Below are positions 20,811 to 30,741 of a stretch of 64,000 nt of DNA, piece after piece. The position numbers were made by a program, and so were the translations under genes. The notes under the pieces are model-generated. The model was not told the DNA's origin and ran no database searches. It saw only the letters and a list, made by a program, of their open reading frames with translations. Origin of the DNA: Gemmatimonadales bacterium (GTDB lineage: Bacteria; Gemmatimonadota; Gemmatimonadetes; Gemmatimonadales; GWC2-71-9); assembly GCA_044229245.1 (NCBI GenBank), contig JBGATI010000001.1, forward strand, positions 322,346-386,345, given 5' to 3'. Each line of letters begins with the position of its first letter. The stretch's first letter is position 1.

Positions 20811-21035
20811 TCAGGGCACCGGGCGCGGGTTCGCGAACGAAGCCAGGTAGCCGCAGGTGGGACAGCGCTCGGAGCTGACGAAGATCTCGGGACCGAGCGG
20901 CTCGCGGAGTCCGCCGAACCAGGACTCGATGGCGGGTTCAGGGATCCAGATGGGCCGCGTGTTCGATCCCGAGATGCGATCGACGACGACGCCGGCGGCC
21001 AGGGGCACGTGGCAGAAGGGACAGGTGTGGGACAT
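20811..21035 (-). CDS. Zinc-ribbon small protein
   Basis: ATG at 21035. Two CxxC pairs: MSHTCPFCHVPL...SSERCPTCGYL. Confidence 0.55.
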   Translation of the reverse strand: MSHTCPFCHVPLAAGVVVDRISGSNTRPIWIPEPAIESWFGGLREPLGPEIFVSSERCPTCGYLASFANPRPVP

Positions 21036-21272
21036 GCAGGCACTCACCTTCGCGCTCAAGACAACGGCAACGGCAGCAGGCGATCCGCCACCAGCAAGTG
21101 GAGCGCCGAGCATCAGATAGAAAGCTATCCCGCCTCCCCGTTCACGGCACCTTCAGGCTCACTTCATGGCGGCCGGACGACGTTCCATTCAACCCTCGCC
21201 GCCTCCATGGTGCGGGGGCAATGCCCGAGGCCGGCGGCGCCACCCTTTCTGCGATTGCCGCGGTGAGAACCG

Positions 21273-21530
21273 ATGCATGAGATGAGCATCGCCCTCGAAG
21301 TTGCGCGGCTGGTAGAGGCGCAGCTGGCCGAGAACCCGGGCCGGCTCCTGCGCGTGGGGATCCAGATCGGCGACGACGCCGGCGTCGAGCCCGACAGTCT
21401 GGCCTTCTGTCTCGAGACGGTGCTCGCCGAGCCGCCCTTCTCCGGCGCCGTGGCAGTGCTGGACCGCGTCACCGGCGATGTCCTGCGACTCGATTTCCTG
21501 GAGGTGGACGATGGCAGTCCGGACGATTGA
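21273..21530 (+). CDS. hypA: HypA-like nickel metallochaperone lacking the zinc-finger domain
   Basis: 85 aa. MHEMSIALEV N-terminus (MHE Ni motif) and VEPDSLAFCLE. Only one Cys and no CxxC pairs. Overlaps the hypB start by 20 nt. Confidence 0.75.
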   Translation: MHEMSIALEVARLVEAQLAENPGRLLRVGIQIGDDAGVEPDSLAFCLETVLAEPPFSGAVAVLDRVTGDVLRLDFLEVDDGSPDD

Positions 21531-22182
21531 AATCCGCGAGCGGCTGATGGCCCGGAACGACGAACTCGCGGCCACCGTCCGCGAACGGCTCCGGGCGGCC
21601 GGCATCGTGTCGTTCAACCTCGTCTCCTCCCCTGGCTCCGGAAAGACCAGCCTGCTCGAACGCACGCTCGACGTCCTCGGCGAGGAGCTCGACATCGCCG
21701 TGGTGACCGGCGACGTGCAGACCCAGAACGATGCGGACCGCCTCGCCCGGCGCACCAGCCGGCTGGTCCAGGCCGTGGTGACCGGCGGCGGCTGCCACCT
21801 CGACGCCAGCCAGGTGAGTGCGGCGCTCGATGCGATCGATCTCTCCGCCACCCGGCTCCTCTTCATCGAGAACGTCGGTAACCTCGTCTGTCCCGCGAGC
21901 TGGGATCTCGGCGAGACGGCGAAAATCGTGGTCCTCTCGGTGACCGAGGGCGAGGACAAGCCGCTCAAGTATCCCAAGATGTTCCGGATGGCGAAGGTCG
22001 TCCTGCTCAACAAGGTGGATCTGCTGCCCCACCTCGACTTCGACGTCGAACAGGCGATGGCCTACGCGCTGCAGGTGAACCCCGACCTGAAGTTCTACCT
22101 CACCTCGGCGCGCACCGGCCAGGGGCTGGACGAGTGGTTCAGCTTCCTCCGTCACCAGGTCCGAAGCCTCGTCCAGGTATGA
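21511..22182 (+). CDS. hypB: HypB hydrogenase nickel-incorporation GTPase
   Basis: ATG at 21511 after GGAGGTGG. P-loop SSPGSGKTSLLE, GGGCHLD, ENVGNLVCP, LNKVDL. Confidence 0.93.
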   Translation: MAVRTIEIRERLMARNDELAATVRERLRAAGIVSFNLVSSPGSGKTSLLERTLDVLGEELDIAVVTGDVQTQNDADRLARRTSRLVQAVVTGGGCHLDASQVSAALDAIDLSATRLLFIENVGNLVCPASWDLGETAKIVVLSVTEGEDKPLKYPKMFRMAKVVLLNKVDLLPHLDFDVEQAMAYALQVNPDLKFYLTSARTGQGLDEWFSFLRHQVRSLVQV

Positions 22183-24491
22183 CCACCACGAAGCGCGATG
22201 CCCCGAGCGCCTGCCGCGTCACGGTACGCGGCGTGGTGCAGGGCGTCGGCTTCCGTCCCTTCGTCCATCGGCTGGCGCTTCGTCACCATCTGGCCGGCTG
22301 GGTGCGCAACGCCTCCGGCGAGGTGCAGGTCGCGCTCGAGGGCGACACGGGCGAGATCGACGAATTCCTCGCGGAACTCCGCCTCGAGGCCCCCCCGCTT
22401 TCACAGATCGACGAGGTCGGTGTCGAGGCGGCGGCCCCCGAAGGCCTCGCCGACTTCGTGATTCACACGAGCGCGCTCGAACCGGGCCGCCGCCTGCCGG
22501 TGCCGCCTGACGTGGCGATCTGTCCCGCCTGCGAGCGGGAGCTCCGTGATCCCGAGAACCGGCGCTACCGCTATCCGTTCATCACCTGCACCGACTGCGG
22601 TCCGCGCTACACGGTGATCGAGCAGCTGCCGTACGATCGCGAGCGCACCACGATGCGCACCTTCGCGCAGTGTCCGGCCTGCGCGGCGGAGTACCACTCG
22701 CCCGGCGACCGGCGCTACCACTCCGAGACCAACAGCTGCCCCGACTGCGGGCCCTCGCTCTGGCTCGAGGCCGGCGCCGAAGGACGCCGCACCGCGGTGG
22801 AGCATGAGGCAATCCGGCAGTCGGCCGCCATGCTGCTGCGCGAAGGCGTCCTGGCGCTGCGCGGGTTCGGTGGCTATCACCTCGCCGCCGACGCCACCTC
22901 CGAGACGGCCATCGCGGAGCTCCGCCGCCGGAAGCGCCGGGACGCGAAGCCATTCGCCATCATGGTCGCGTCTCTCGCCGAGGCACGACGCATCGTGCAG
23001 GTCGGCGAGGCCGACGCGGCGCTGCTCACCTGCCGGGAACGGCCGGTGGTGCTGCTCGAGGCCTTGCCGCACAACGGCATCGCGGCGAATGTCGCGCCAG
23101 GCCTGCGCACGCTGGGGGTGATGCTGCCCTCGACCCCGCTCCACCTGCTGCTCCTCGACGCCGTCGCCCGCCCCCTGGTGATGACCAGCGGCAACCTGAG
23201 CGACGAGCCGATCGCCATCGGCAATACCGAGGCCCGGCGGCGGCTCGGCGTGATCGCCGACGCCTTCCTCATGCACGACCGGGACATCCTCTCCCGCACC
23301 GATGATTCGGTGCTGCGGCCCGCTCCGGGCGGGCCGATCGTGCTGCGCCGCGCACGCGGGTACGCGCCGCTGCCGCTCACCCTGCCCATCGAGAGTCCGG
23401 TCCCCTTGCTGGCCGTCGGGCCGCACCTCAAGAACACCTTCACGGTGGCCCATGGCAGGACCGCGTGGGTGAGTCCGCACATCGGTGACCTGGAGGACCT
23501 CGAGGGGCTCGAGCACTTCCGCCACACGCTGACCGTCTACCGCCGGCTCTTCCGCGTCGATCCGCATGCCGTCGTCCACGACCTGCACCCGGGCTACCTC
23601 TCGACGCGTCTCGCCCAGGAGATGGCGCTTCCCGCGACGCTCGCGGTGCAGCACCATCACGCCCACATCGCGGCCGTGATGGCGGAACATGGCGAGACCG
23701 CGCCGGTCATCGGCGTCGCCTACGACGGGACCGGCTACGGCAGCGACGGCACGATCTGGGGCGCGGAGATCCTCCGCGCCGACCTCACCGGCTTCACCCG
23801 GCTCGCGCACCTCCGCCCCGCCCCGCTCCCGGGCGGCGACCTCGCGGCACGCCAGCCATGGCGCAGCCTGCTCGGCTACCTCTCGCTGGGAGACGCCGGG
23901 GACCAGGCCTTCGAGCCGAGCTTCCGGGGGATTCCCCCGGCGGAACTCGGCCTCGCGCGCCGCCAGGTCGAGGCGCGGCTCAACTCGCCGCTGGCCTCGT
24001 CGATGGGGCGCCTCTTCGACGCGGCCGCCGCAGTGCTGGGTGTCAGGCAGGTGTCCGCGTACGAGGGGCAGGCGGCCATCGAGCTCGAAGGGCTCGCCGG
24101 CAATCGGACCGCCTCCGAGTTCCACTGCCCGATCCATCACCAGGACGGCGAACCCTGGCAGTTCGATCCGCTGCCACTGCTCGGCTGGCTGGCGCGGCGG
24201 CGCGAGCAGCGCGCCGACATCCGTGACCTCGCGGCCGACTTCCATGAGAGCATCGCCCGGCTCACCCAGCTGCTGGTGCACCGGGCGGCCGAGGAGACCG
24301 GCATCACCACCGTGGTACTCGGCGGCGGCGTGTTCCAGAACGCCCGGCTCCTCACCAGCCTCCGCTGGCGCCTGGAGCACGACAAGCTCCGGGTCCTCAC
24401 CCCACGCCGGCTTTCGCCCAACGACGGCGCCATCAGTTACGGCCAGGCCGCGATCGCCGCGGCCCGGCTCGCGCTGGGCCTGAACGACTGA
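22179..24491 (+). CDS. hypF: HypF carbamoyltransferase
   Basis: ATG at 22179 (ATGA overlap with hypB). Acylphosphatase VRGVVQGVGFRPF. Two zinc fingers: CPACE...CTDCGPRY and CPACAAEY...CPDCGP. YrdC-like and Kae1-like domains. Confidence 0.95.
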   Translation: MTTTKRDAPSACRVTVRGVVQGVGFRPFVHRLALRHHLAGWVRNASGEVQVALEGDTGEIDEFLAELRLEAPPLSQIDEVGVEAAAPEGLADFVIHTSALEPGRRLPVPPDVAICPACERELRDPENRRYRYPFITCTDCGPRYTVIEQLPYDRERTTMRTFAQCPACAAEYHSPGDRRYHSETNSCPDCGPSLWLEAGAEGRRTAVEHEAIRQSAAMLLREGVLALRGFGGYHLAADATSETAIAELRRRKRRDAKPFAIMVASLAEARRIVQVGEADAALLTCRERPVVLLEALPHNGIAANVAPGLRTLGVMLPSTPLHLLLLDAVARPLVMTSGNLSDEPIAIGNTEARRRLGVIADAFLMHDRDILSRTDDSVLRPAPGGPIVLRRARGYAPLPLTLPIESPVPLLAVGPHLKNTFTVAHGRTAWVSPHIGDLEDLEGLEHFRHTLTVYRRLFRVDPHAVVHDLHPGYLSTRLAQEMALPATLAVQHHHAHIAAVMAEHGETAPVIGVAYDGTGYGSDGTIWGAEILRADLTGFTRLAHLRPAPLPGGDLAARQPWRSLLGYLSLGDAGDQAFEPSFRGIPPAELGLARRQVEARLNSPLASSMGRLFDAAAAVLGVRQVSAYEGQAAIELEGLAGNRTASEFHCPIHHQDGEPWQFDPLPLLGWLARRREQRADIRDLAADFHESIARLTQLLVHRAAEETGITTVVLGGGVFQNARLLTSLRWRLEHDKLRVLTPRRLSPNDGAISYGQAAIAAARLALGLND

Positions 24492-24512
24492 CTCCCCCCT
24501 CAGGAGCCTCCC

Positions 24513-24755
24513 ATGTGTCTCGGAATCCCAGGCCGCATCCTCGACACCCGCGATGATCGCGGGCTGCTCATGGGCACGGTGGACTTCGGCGGCGTCAAGC
24601 GCGACGTCTGCCTCGCCTACGTCGAGGACGACGCGGCGCCGGGCGACTACGTGATCGTGCATGCCGGCTTCGCGATCACCCGGGTGGACGAGGAAGAGGC
24701 ACGCCGCACCTTCGAGGCGCTCCGTGAGATGAGCCAGCTCGAGGAGCTCGCATGA
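24513..24755 (+). CDS. hypC: HypC hydrogenase assembly chaperone
   Basis: [11 protein letters not shown]-terminus. AGGAG SD upstream. Confidence 0.93.
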   Translation: MCLGIPGRILDTRDDRGLLMGTVDFGGVKRDVCLAYVEDDAAPGDYVIVHAGFAITRVDEEEARRTFEALREMSQLEELA

Positions 24756-25861
24756 AGTACCTGAGCGAATACCGCGATGGCGATGTCGCCCAGAAGCTGA
24801 TCGCGAGGATCCGGCAGACCGCGACCAGGCCGTGGACCCTGATGGAGGTCTGCGGCGGACAGACGCACACGATCGTCAGGCAGGGGCTCGAGGAGCTGCT
24901 CGGCGGCGCCATCGAGATGATTCACGGCCCCGGCTGCCCGGTGTGCGTCACGCCGCTCGAGCAGATCGACAAGGCACTGGCCCTCGCTGCGCGTCCGGAC
25001 GTGATCTTCACCTCCTTCGGCGACATGCTGCGAGTCCCCGGCTCCGACTGCGACCTGCTGCAGGTCCGCGCCCGGGGCGGCCAGGTGCGGGTGGTCTACT
25101 CGCCGCTCGATGCGCTGGACCTCGCCATCCGCACTCCGGACAAACAGGTGGTGTTCTTCGCCGTCGGGTTCGAGACCACCGCACCGGCCAACGCCATGGC
25201 GGTGTGGCGGGCCAGGGAGCTCGGCGTCAGGAACTTCAGCGTGCTCGTCTCGCACGTGACGGTGCCACCCGCGATGACCGCGATCCTCGAGGCCCCCGAT
25301 AACCGGGTGCAAGGTTTTCTCGCGGCGGGGCACGTCTGCTCGGTGATGGGGTGGACGGAGTACGAGCCGATCGCCGAGCGCTACCGGGTGCCGATCGTGG
25401 TTACCGGCTTCGAGCCGCTCGACCTGCTGGAGGGGATGCTGCTCGCCGTCCGGCAGCTCGAGGAGGGGCGCCACGAGGTGGAGAATCAGTACGCCCGTTC
25501 GGTGCGGCGCGAGGGGACGCTGCCGGCGCAGGCGCTGATCCGCCGCATCTTCCGGCTCAGCGACCGGCAGTGGCGTGGGATCGGCTCGATCCCGATGAGC
25601 GGGCTCACACTGCGGGAGGAGTACGCCGACTTCGACGCCGAGGTGCGGTTCGGCCTCGAGTCGATCAGCGTGAAGGAACCGGCGGAGTGTCACGCGGGGG
25701 ATGTGCTTCGCGGCAATCTCAAGCCGAGAGAGTGCCCGGCGTTCGGCACCCGGTGCACGCCGGAACGCCCGCTCGGCGCGCCGATGGTGTCCTCCGAGGG
25801 CGCCTGCGCCGCCTACTACAACTACGCCCGCTTCCGCACGCCGGCGGCGCAGGAGGGATGA
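24752..25861 (+). CDS. hypD: HypD hydrogenase maturation Fe-S protein
   Basis: MKYLSEYRD..., [14 protein letters not shown] overlap with hypC. Confidence 0.95.
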   Translation: MKYLSEYRDGDVAQKLIARIRQTATRPWTLMEVCGGQTHTIVRQGLEELLGGAIEMIHGPGCPVCVTPLEQIDKALALAARPDVIFTSFGDMLRVPGSDCDLLQVRARGGQVRVVYSPLDALDLAIRTPDKQVVFFAVGFETTAPANAMAVWRARELGVRNFSVLVSHVTVPPAMTAILEAPDNRVQGFLAAGHVCSVMGWTEYEPIAERYRVPIVVTGFEPLDLLEGMLLAVRQLEEGRHEVENQYARSVRREGTLPAQALIRRIFRLSDRQWRGIGSIPMSGLTLREEYADFDAEVRFGLESISVKEPAECHAGDVLRGNLKPRECPAFGTRCTPERPLGAPMVSSEGACAAYYNYARFRTPAAQEG

Positions 25862-25865
25862 TCCG

Positions 25866-26924
25866 ATGACCGCCGTCCGCTACAGCGCTCCCGCCTGCCC
25901 CACCCCGCTCAGTGACACCGAGCGGGTCCAGCTCGGGCACGGCTCCGGGGGGAAGATGAGCGCCGCCCTGCTCCGCGACCGGTTCCTTCCCCATCTCGGC
26001 AATCCGATCCTCGGCGAACTCGGCGACGGCGCCGTCGTCGCGCTGGGTGGTGCGCAGATTGTCGTCTCGACCGACACCTTCGTCGTCAGCCCGCTGGAGT
26101 TTCCCGGGGGCAACATCGGCTCGCTCGCGGTCCATGGCACGCTCAACGACGTCGCGATGATGGGGGCGACCCCGGCCTATCTCACCGCCGGGTTCGTGCT
26201 GGAGGAGGGACTCTCGCTGGAGCTGCTGGACCGCGTGGTGAGGACGATGGCGGAGGCCGCGCGCGCCGCCGGTGTTCCGCTGATCACCGGCGATACCAAG
26301 GTGGTGGAGCGAGGCAAGGCGGACGGGCTCTACATCAACACGACCGGATTCGGGCTGCTCGATCCCGCGTTCCGTCCCGGCCCGCGCCGCGCCCGGCCCG
26401 GCGACGTCATCCTGGTGAGTGCGCCGATCGGCCGCCACGGGATGGCGATCATGGCCGTGCGTGAGGGCCTCGCCTTCGAGACCGACATCGTGAGCGACAG
26501 TGCGAACCTCACGCCGCTGATGACCATCCTCCGCGACAGCGCGGGAGAGGCGGTGCGGGTCCTTCGCGACCCGACGCGCGGCGGCCTCGCGAGCGCGCTC
26601 AACGAGATCGCGCAGGCGTCGAGCGTCGGCATGGTGGTGGAGGAGTCGGCGCTGCCGGTACCGGCGGATGTGGCGGCGGCCTGCGAGATGCTCGGGCTCG
26701 ATCCGCTCTACGTCGCCAATGAAGGGGTGCTGGTCGCCCTCGTCGGCCCGGACCGGGCGGAGGAGGCACTCGCCGAGCTGCGCGCCCACCCGCTTGGCCG
26801 GGATGCGGCGGTCATCGGCCGTGTGGTGGACAGCAATCCCGGCTACGTGGTGATGCGGACGCTGGTCGGAGGCAATCGCATCGTCGACATGCTCCCGGGG
26901 GACCAGCTCCCGCGCATCTGCTAG
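25866..26924 (+). CDS. hypE: HypE carbamoyl dehydratase
   Basis: ATG at 25866. LGHGSGGKMS, AIR-synthase-like fold, C-terminal PRIC. Confidence 0.95.
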   Translation: MTAVRYSAPACPTPLSDTERVQLGHGSGGKMSAALLRDRFLPHLGNPILGELGDGAVVALGGAQIVVSTDTFVVSPLEFPGGNIGSLAVHGTLNDVAMMGATPAYLTAGFVLEEGLSLELLDRVVRTMAEAARAAGVPLITGDTKVVERGKADGLYINTTGFGLLDPAFRPGPRRARPGDVILVSAPIGRHGMAIMAVREGLAFETDIVSDSANLTPLMTILRDSAGEAVRVLRDPTRGGLASALNEIAQASSVGMVVEESALPVPADVAAACEMLGLDPLYVANEGVLVALVGPDRAEEALAELRAHPLGRDAAVIGRVVDSNPGYVVMRTLVGGNRIVDMLPGDQLPRIC

Positions 26925-26928
26925 GCGC

Positions 26929-27540
26929 TCAGGCTCCCTCCGGCGGCCGCCTGCCATACCGGGAGCCGTCCCCCCACACCTCCGGCGTCAGTGTATAGAC
27001 GTGGCTCTCGGCCCCGTTCGCGTCGAACCGCGAGCCATCCCGGATGGCTCCGAGCTTGAGCACCGCCTGCTGCGAGCGCAGGTTGCCGGAGGCCACCACA
27101 AAGCGCACCCGCTGCACGAAGCGGAAGGCGTGGCTCAGCATCAGCTGCTTCAGTTCCTGATTGAACGTCCCGCCCCAGCAGGCCCGCGCCAGAAACGTCC
27201 AGCCGATCTCCACCTCGCTCCGCTCGGCGTCGTACCCGTGATAGCGCGACGACCCCAGCACCTCCTCGGTGCCCGCGGCGGTGACGAGGAGCGCGCCGCG
27301 CGAGGCCATCGCTTCCCGGAAGAAATGCCGGAATCCCTCGGGGGTCGAGCGGGTCTTGTCGGGATGCTGCTCCCAGATGTACGGATCCGACGCGACGGCG
27401 AAGAGCGCCGGGAAGTCGGCTTCGCGGAGCGGACGCAGATCGATCAGCTCGCCATGCAGCGTCGGCTGAGCATCGAACGGCCTGGCGCCCCGTCCCCCAC
27501 GCTGTGCGGAACCGGTCAGTGGCTTGCGCGGTGTTCTCAT
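26929..27540 (-). CDS. GNAT-family N-acetyltransferase
   Basis: RimJ/RimL-like pattern LIDLRPLREADFPALF...EIGWTFLARACWGGTFN... Confidence 0.75.
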   Translation of the reverse strand: MRTPRKPLTGSAQRGGRGARPFDAQPTLHGELIDLRPLREADFPALFAVASDPYIWEQHPDKTRSTPEGFRHFFREAMASRGALLVTAAGTEEVLGSSRYHGYDAERSEVEIGWTFLARACWGGTFNQELKQLMLSHAFRFVQRVRFVVASGNLRSQQAVLKLGAIRDGSRFDANGAESHVYTLTPEVWGDGSRYGRRPPEGA

Positions 27541-28223
27541 AGGAAAGTCTTGAGCCAGGCGAGCGACAGCGCCCAGGCTTCCTCCGCCTGCGCCGGGCGA
27601 AAGACCGCCGGGCGCGTGAAATTGAGAAAGGCGTGACCCGCACCTGGAAAGACGTGGAACTCGTGCCGTCTACCCAGCCGCGTCAGCTCCGCGTCGATCT
27701 TCGCGACATCGTCGACCGTGGGATTGGTGTCTTCGGCTCCGAAGAGGCCGAGCAGGGGAGCGGTGATCCTCGCGGCCTGGCTGAATGGGGACGGGGCGCC
27801 ATCCTTCGACACCATGATATTGCCACCGTGAAAGACCACGGCGGCGCGGAGGGAAGGATCGTTGGCGGCGCAGAGGAAGGCGAGCCTCCCGCCCATGCAG
27901 AACCCCATCACGCCGATCCGCGTGGCATCCACGCCGGGGAGCGCCTCGAGACGCTTCCGCGCGGCGGCAAGATCGGCGAGCGCTTCGGAGTCCCGGATCC
28001 TGGTCCAGGGCTCCGGGAGTGCCTCGGCCTGCCGGTGGTAGAAGTCGGGCGCGATCGCCGCGACCCCGGCCCTCGCCAGGCGCTCGGCGATGTCCTGGAT
28101 GAATTCGTCGATGCCGGGCCCGTGCATGCAGAGCAGGATGCCGGGCGCCATCTCCGGCACCGGCGTGGCCACGAAGGCGCGCATGCGCGCGCTACCGACC
28201 GGCACCTCCAGCCATCGTCCCAT
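27537..28223 (-). CDS. Dienelactone hydrolase family protein
   Basis: GILLCMHGPGIDEF..., nucleophile motif GFCMGGRLA. ATGA overlap with the downstream GNAT. Confidence 0.8.
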   Translation of the reverse strand: MGRWLEVPVGSARMRAFVATPVPEMAPGILLCMHGPGIDEFIQDIAERLARAGVAAIAPDFYHRQAEALPEPWTRIRDSEALADLAAARKRLEALPGVDATRIGVMGFCMGGRLAFLCAANDPSLRAAVVFHGGNIMVSKDGAPSPFSQAARITAPLLGLFGAEDTNPTVDDVAKIDAELTRLGRRHEFHVFPGAGHAFLNFTRPAVFRPAQAEEAWALSLAWLKTFL

Positions 28224-28236
28224 CGGGGCAGCGCAG

Positions 28237-28530
28237 CTAGTGCGGGGTCACCGGCCGAAGCGATTCGGCGCGCACCGGCGGCAGCAGATCCTGTCGTTCA
28301 CCGAGGCGCCTGGCGAGTTGCGCCTGGCCATCGGCGAGCTGTTCGGTCTGCGTGGCCACCTGCTCCAGCAGTGCCCGGAGTTCCTCGTAGCGGTCAGCAT
28401 CCGTGGACTGCGCCAGGAGGGTCATCTCGAGATGGCGGATGCGCTTCTGGGCGCGGAGCCAGACGAGGAACGGCAATCCCGCGACTCCGAGCGCGGCGAT
28501 GGCGATGGCAAGCGCGGCTGCTGGTGGCAT
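28237..28530 (-). CDS. N-terminal TM plus coiled-coil small protein
   Basis: ATG at 28530. MPPAAALAIAIAALGVAGLPFLVWL followed by heptad-like LEMTLLAQ...EELRALLEQVATQTEQLADGQAQLARRL. Confidence 0.45.
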   Translation of the reverse strand: MPPAAALAIAIAALGVAGLPFLVWLRAQKRIRHLEMTLLAQSTDADRYEELRALLEQVATQTEQLADGQAQLARRLGERQDLLPPVRAESLRPVTPH

Positions 28531-28697
28531 GGCTGGCACCTCGAGGGGAAGAGTGTCCCGCTTTCGAAGGCTAGGATAGCCCGGCAGCGGGGAACCTGCA
28601 AGCAATCCCTGCCCGGTGATACGGCACTCGTGGGATGGAGACACGGCGGCGCACCGCATGCCAAGCGGCGGCGGCGCGTCCCCGCCGGCCCCGGCCA

Positions 28698-29279
28698 CTA
28701 TGCGGTAACGCCAGCGCGCTGGAAGGCTGCGAGCACGGCGGGGCTGAAACAGGCAAACAGCACCATGGCCAACGATCCGGGTACCCGGAGTTCCTCGCGC
28801 ACCCCGGCCACCGCGACGGCGGTCGCCTGCTCGAGCGGGTAACCGTAGATGCCGGTGCTGATGGCCGGAAAGGCGACGCTGGTGAGACCGTTCGCCCTGG
28901 CGAGTCTCAGTGACGCGCGGTACGCCGACGCCAGCAGGTCCGCCTCACCCTGACCGCCACCCTGCCAGATCGGGCCGACAGCGTGAATGACGAAGCGGGC
29001 TGGAAGCCGGAAACCGGGGGTCATTCTCGCCTCGCCGGTCGGGCACGGCGCCACCTTGCGGCACGCCGCGGCGAGCTCGGGCCCCGCCGCCGCGTGGATG
29101 GCGCCGCAGACGCCACCACCGGCAAGGAGCTCGGAGTTGGCGGCGTTCACGATGGCGTCCACCTCGAGAGTGGTGATGTCGGCCAGCCGAGCCTGGAGGA
29201 GCGGAGGCAGGGACACGTTATACTGTTGAGGAAGCACTGCGAACGACACTCGATCCGTCGCACCCTCCGGAGAAACCAT
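28698..29279 (-). CDS. Macro-domain protein (ADP-ribose / O-acetyl-ADP-ribose hydrolase type)
   Basis: [34 protein letters not shown]...FVIHAVGP...[15 protein letters not shown]. Start uncertain: ATG at 29279 or GTG at 29216. Confidence 0.8.
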   Translation of the reverse strand: MVSPEGATDRVSFAVLPQQYNVSLPPLLQARLADITTLEVDAIVNAANSELLAGGGVCGAIHAAAGPELAAACRKVAPCPTGEARMTPGFRLPARFVIHAVGPIWQGGGQGEADLLASAYRASLRLARANGLTSVAFPAISTGIYGYPLEQATAVAVAGVREELRVPGSLAMVLFACFSPAVLAAFQRAGVTA

Positions 29280-30738
29280 GCACCCGAGATACCTGATGCT
29301 GACCGCGCTGGCCGGACTGTCCACGGGCCAATGCTCCAGAGCGACGCAGTCGCATCAGGCAGCCGACCCTGGCGGCAGGGGCACCAGCGGCCGACCGATC
29401 GCAGTCATGCTCACCAGCTACAGCACGACGCTCCGCGCCAACGGCACCGATCACACCCGCCTCCGCCTGGCAGTTATCGACAGCCTCAGTCAGGAGATCG
29501 GCACCGCGTCCGATTCGATCCGGGTCTACCTCACCGGCGAGGGGTCCCTCACCGGGACCGATGGCGAGCGCCTGACACTGGTTGCCGACACGAGCGGCAA
29601 CCGCTACGCGGTGGTGACACTCGAGCATGGGATGCGGATGCTCGGCTTCACGGCCGGCACCTCCCCCGGCACGGCGAAGATCGAAGCCCGCTCGGGATCG
29701 CTGTTCCCTGGTGGCCACGAGATCCACCTGATTCCCGCCGACGTGAAGCTGTTGACGCCAACGGCGGCGCAGCTTCCGCGCACTACCAAACCGATCGGCC
29801 GCACGATCGGCGCCGATATCTCGTTCCTGCCGCAGATCGAGAGTGGCGCCGGGCGCTTCGCGCAGGCGAAGCAGGGATTCAGCGAGCATGGCACCCCGGT
29901 CGATGCCATCGCCCTCCTCAAGCGCCATGGCTTCAACCTCATCCGCCTCAGAATTTTCGTCAATCCGGAGAATCCCGACGGCTACTCGCCGGGGACCGCC
30001 TTCTGCGGGCTCGACTCGACGCTCAGCATGGCCCGGCGCATCAAGGCGGCGGGGATGGGATTCCTGCTCGACTTCCACTACAGCGACAACTGGGCCGACC
30101 CCCAGCAGCAGCGCAAGCCACGCGCCTGGGAAGGTCTCGGCTATGCCGAACTCCGGGACACCGTGACGCAGTACACCGCGCGGGTGCTCCGCGCGCTGCA
30201 GCGGCAGGGCACCATGCCTGACATGGTCCAGATCGGCAACGAGATCAACCACGGGCTGCTCTGGCCCGACGGCCACGTCGACAATCTGGATCAGCTCGCG
30301 GGATTGCTCCAGGCGGGTGTCGCCGGCACCGAGGCGGTCGATCCGAAGATCCCGGTCATGATGCACATCGCCCTCGGCGGGCAGAACGACGAGGCGCGCT
30401 TCTGGCTCGACAACATGCTCGCGCGCGGCGTGCGGTTCGACCTCATCGGACTCTCCTACTATCCCCGCTGGCACGGCACCCTCGGCGACCTGGCGGGCAA
30501 CCTGCAGGATCTCGTCGGCCGCTATCACAAGCCCGTGAACGTGGTGGAGTATTCCGACTTCAAGCGCCCGGTGCACGACATCGTTTTCGCCCTGCCCGAT
30601 CAGATGGGCAAGGGCGCCGCGATCTGGGAGCCGCTCAACTGGCGGAGTGGGTTGTTCGATCGGGAGGGGAATGCCACCAGCCTCTTCGCCGTCTATGATT
30701 CGCTGAACGCGGAGTACCTCGCCGCGCCGGCCCGCTAG
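29278..30738 (+). CDS. GH53 arabinogalactan endo-beta-1,4-galactosidase with N-terminal Ig-like domain
   Basis: GGAG 5 nt upstream of the ATG. Signal peptide. Big-like segment [21 protein letters not shown]53 core [11 protein letters not shown]...IRLRIFVNP...[11 protein letters not shown]...[10 protein letters not shown]...VVEYS. Confidence 0.85.
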   Translation: MHPRYLMLTALAGLSTGQCSRATQSHQAADPGGRGTSGRPIAVMLTSYSTTLRANGTDHTRLRLAVIDSLSQEIGTASDSIRVYLTGEGSLTGTDGERLTLVADTSGNRYAVVTLEHGMRMLGFTAGTSPGTAKIEARSGSLFPGGHEIHLIPADVKLLTPTAAQLPRTTKPIGRTIGADISFLPQIESGAGRFAQAKQGFSEHGTPVDAIALLKRHGFNLIRLRIFVNPENPDGYSPGTAFCGLDSTLSMARRIKAAGMGFLLDFHYSDNWADPQQQRKPRAWEGLGYAELRDTVTQYTARVLRALQRQGTMPDMVQIGNEINHGLLWPDGHVDNLDQLAGLLQAGVAGTEAVDPKIPVMMHIALGGQNDEARFWLDNMLARGVRFDLIGLSYYPRWHGTLGDLAGNLQDLVGRYHKPVNVVEYSDFKRPVHDIVFALPDQMGKGAAIWEPLNWRSGLFDREGNATSLFAVYDSLNAEYLAAPAR

Positions 30739-30741
30739 CGG

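Noticed and set aside
21145-21160. Sigma54-like GGCAC...GC element upstream of hypA
   Set aside because: The GG-to-GC spacing is one nucleotide short of the TGGCAC-N5-TTGC consensus and the -12 TTGC is absent, so I do not call it.
22401-24662. 753-aa - strand ORF
   Set aside because: Antisense to hypF and hypC. No recognisable motifs.
25165-25180. GGTTCGAG strings reminiscent of tRNA T-arms (also near 52000)
   Set aside because: Both lie inside well-supported CDS (hypD and the NTF2-like gene), and no surrounding cloverleaf can be drawn.
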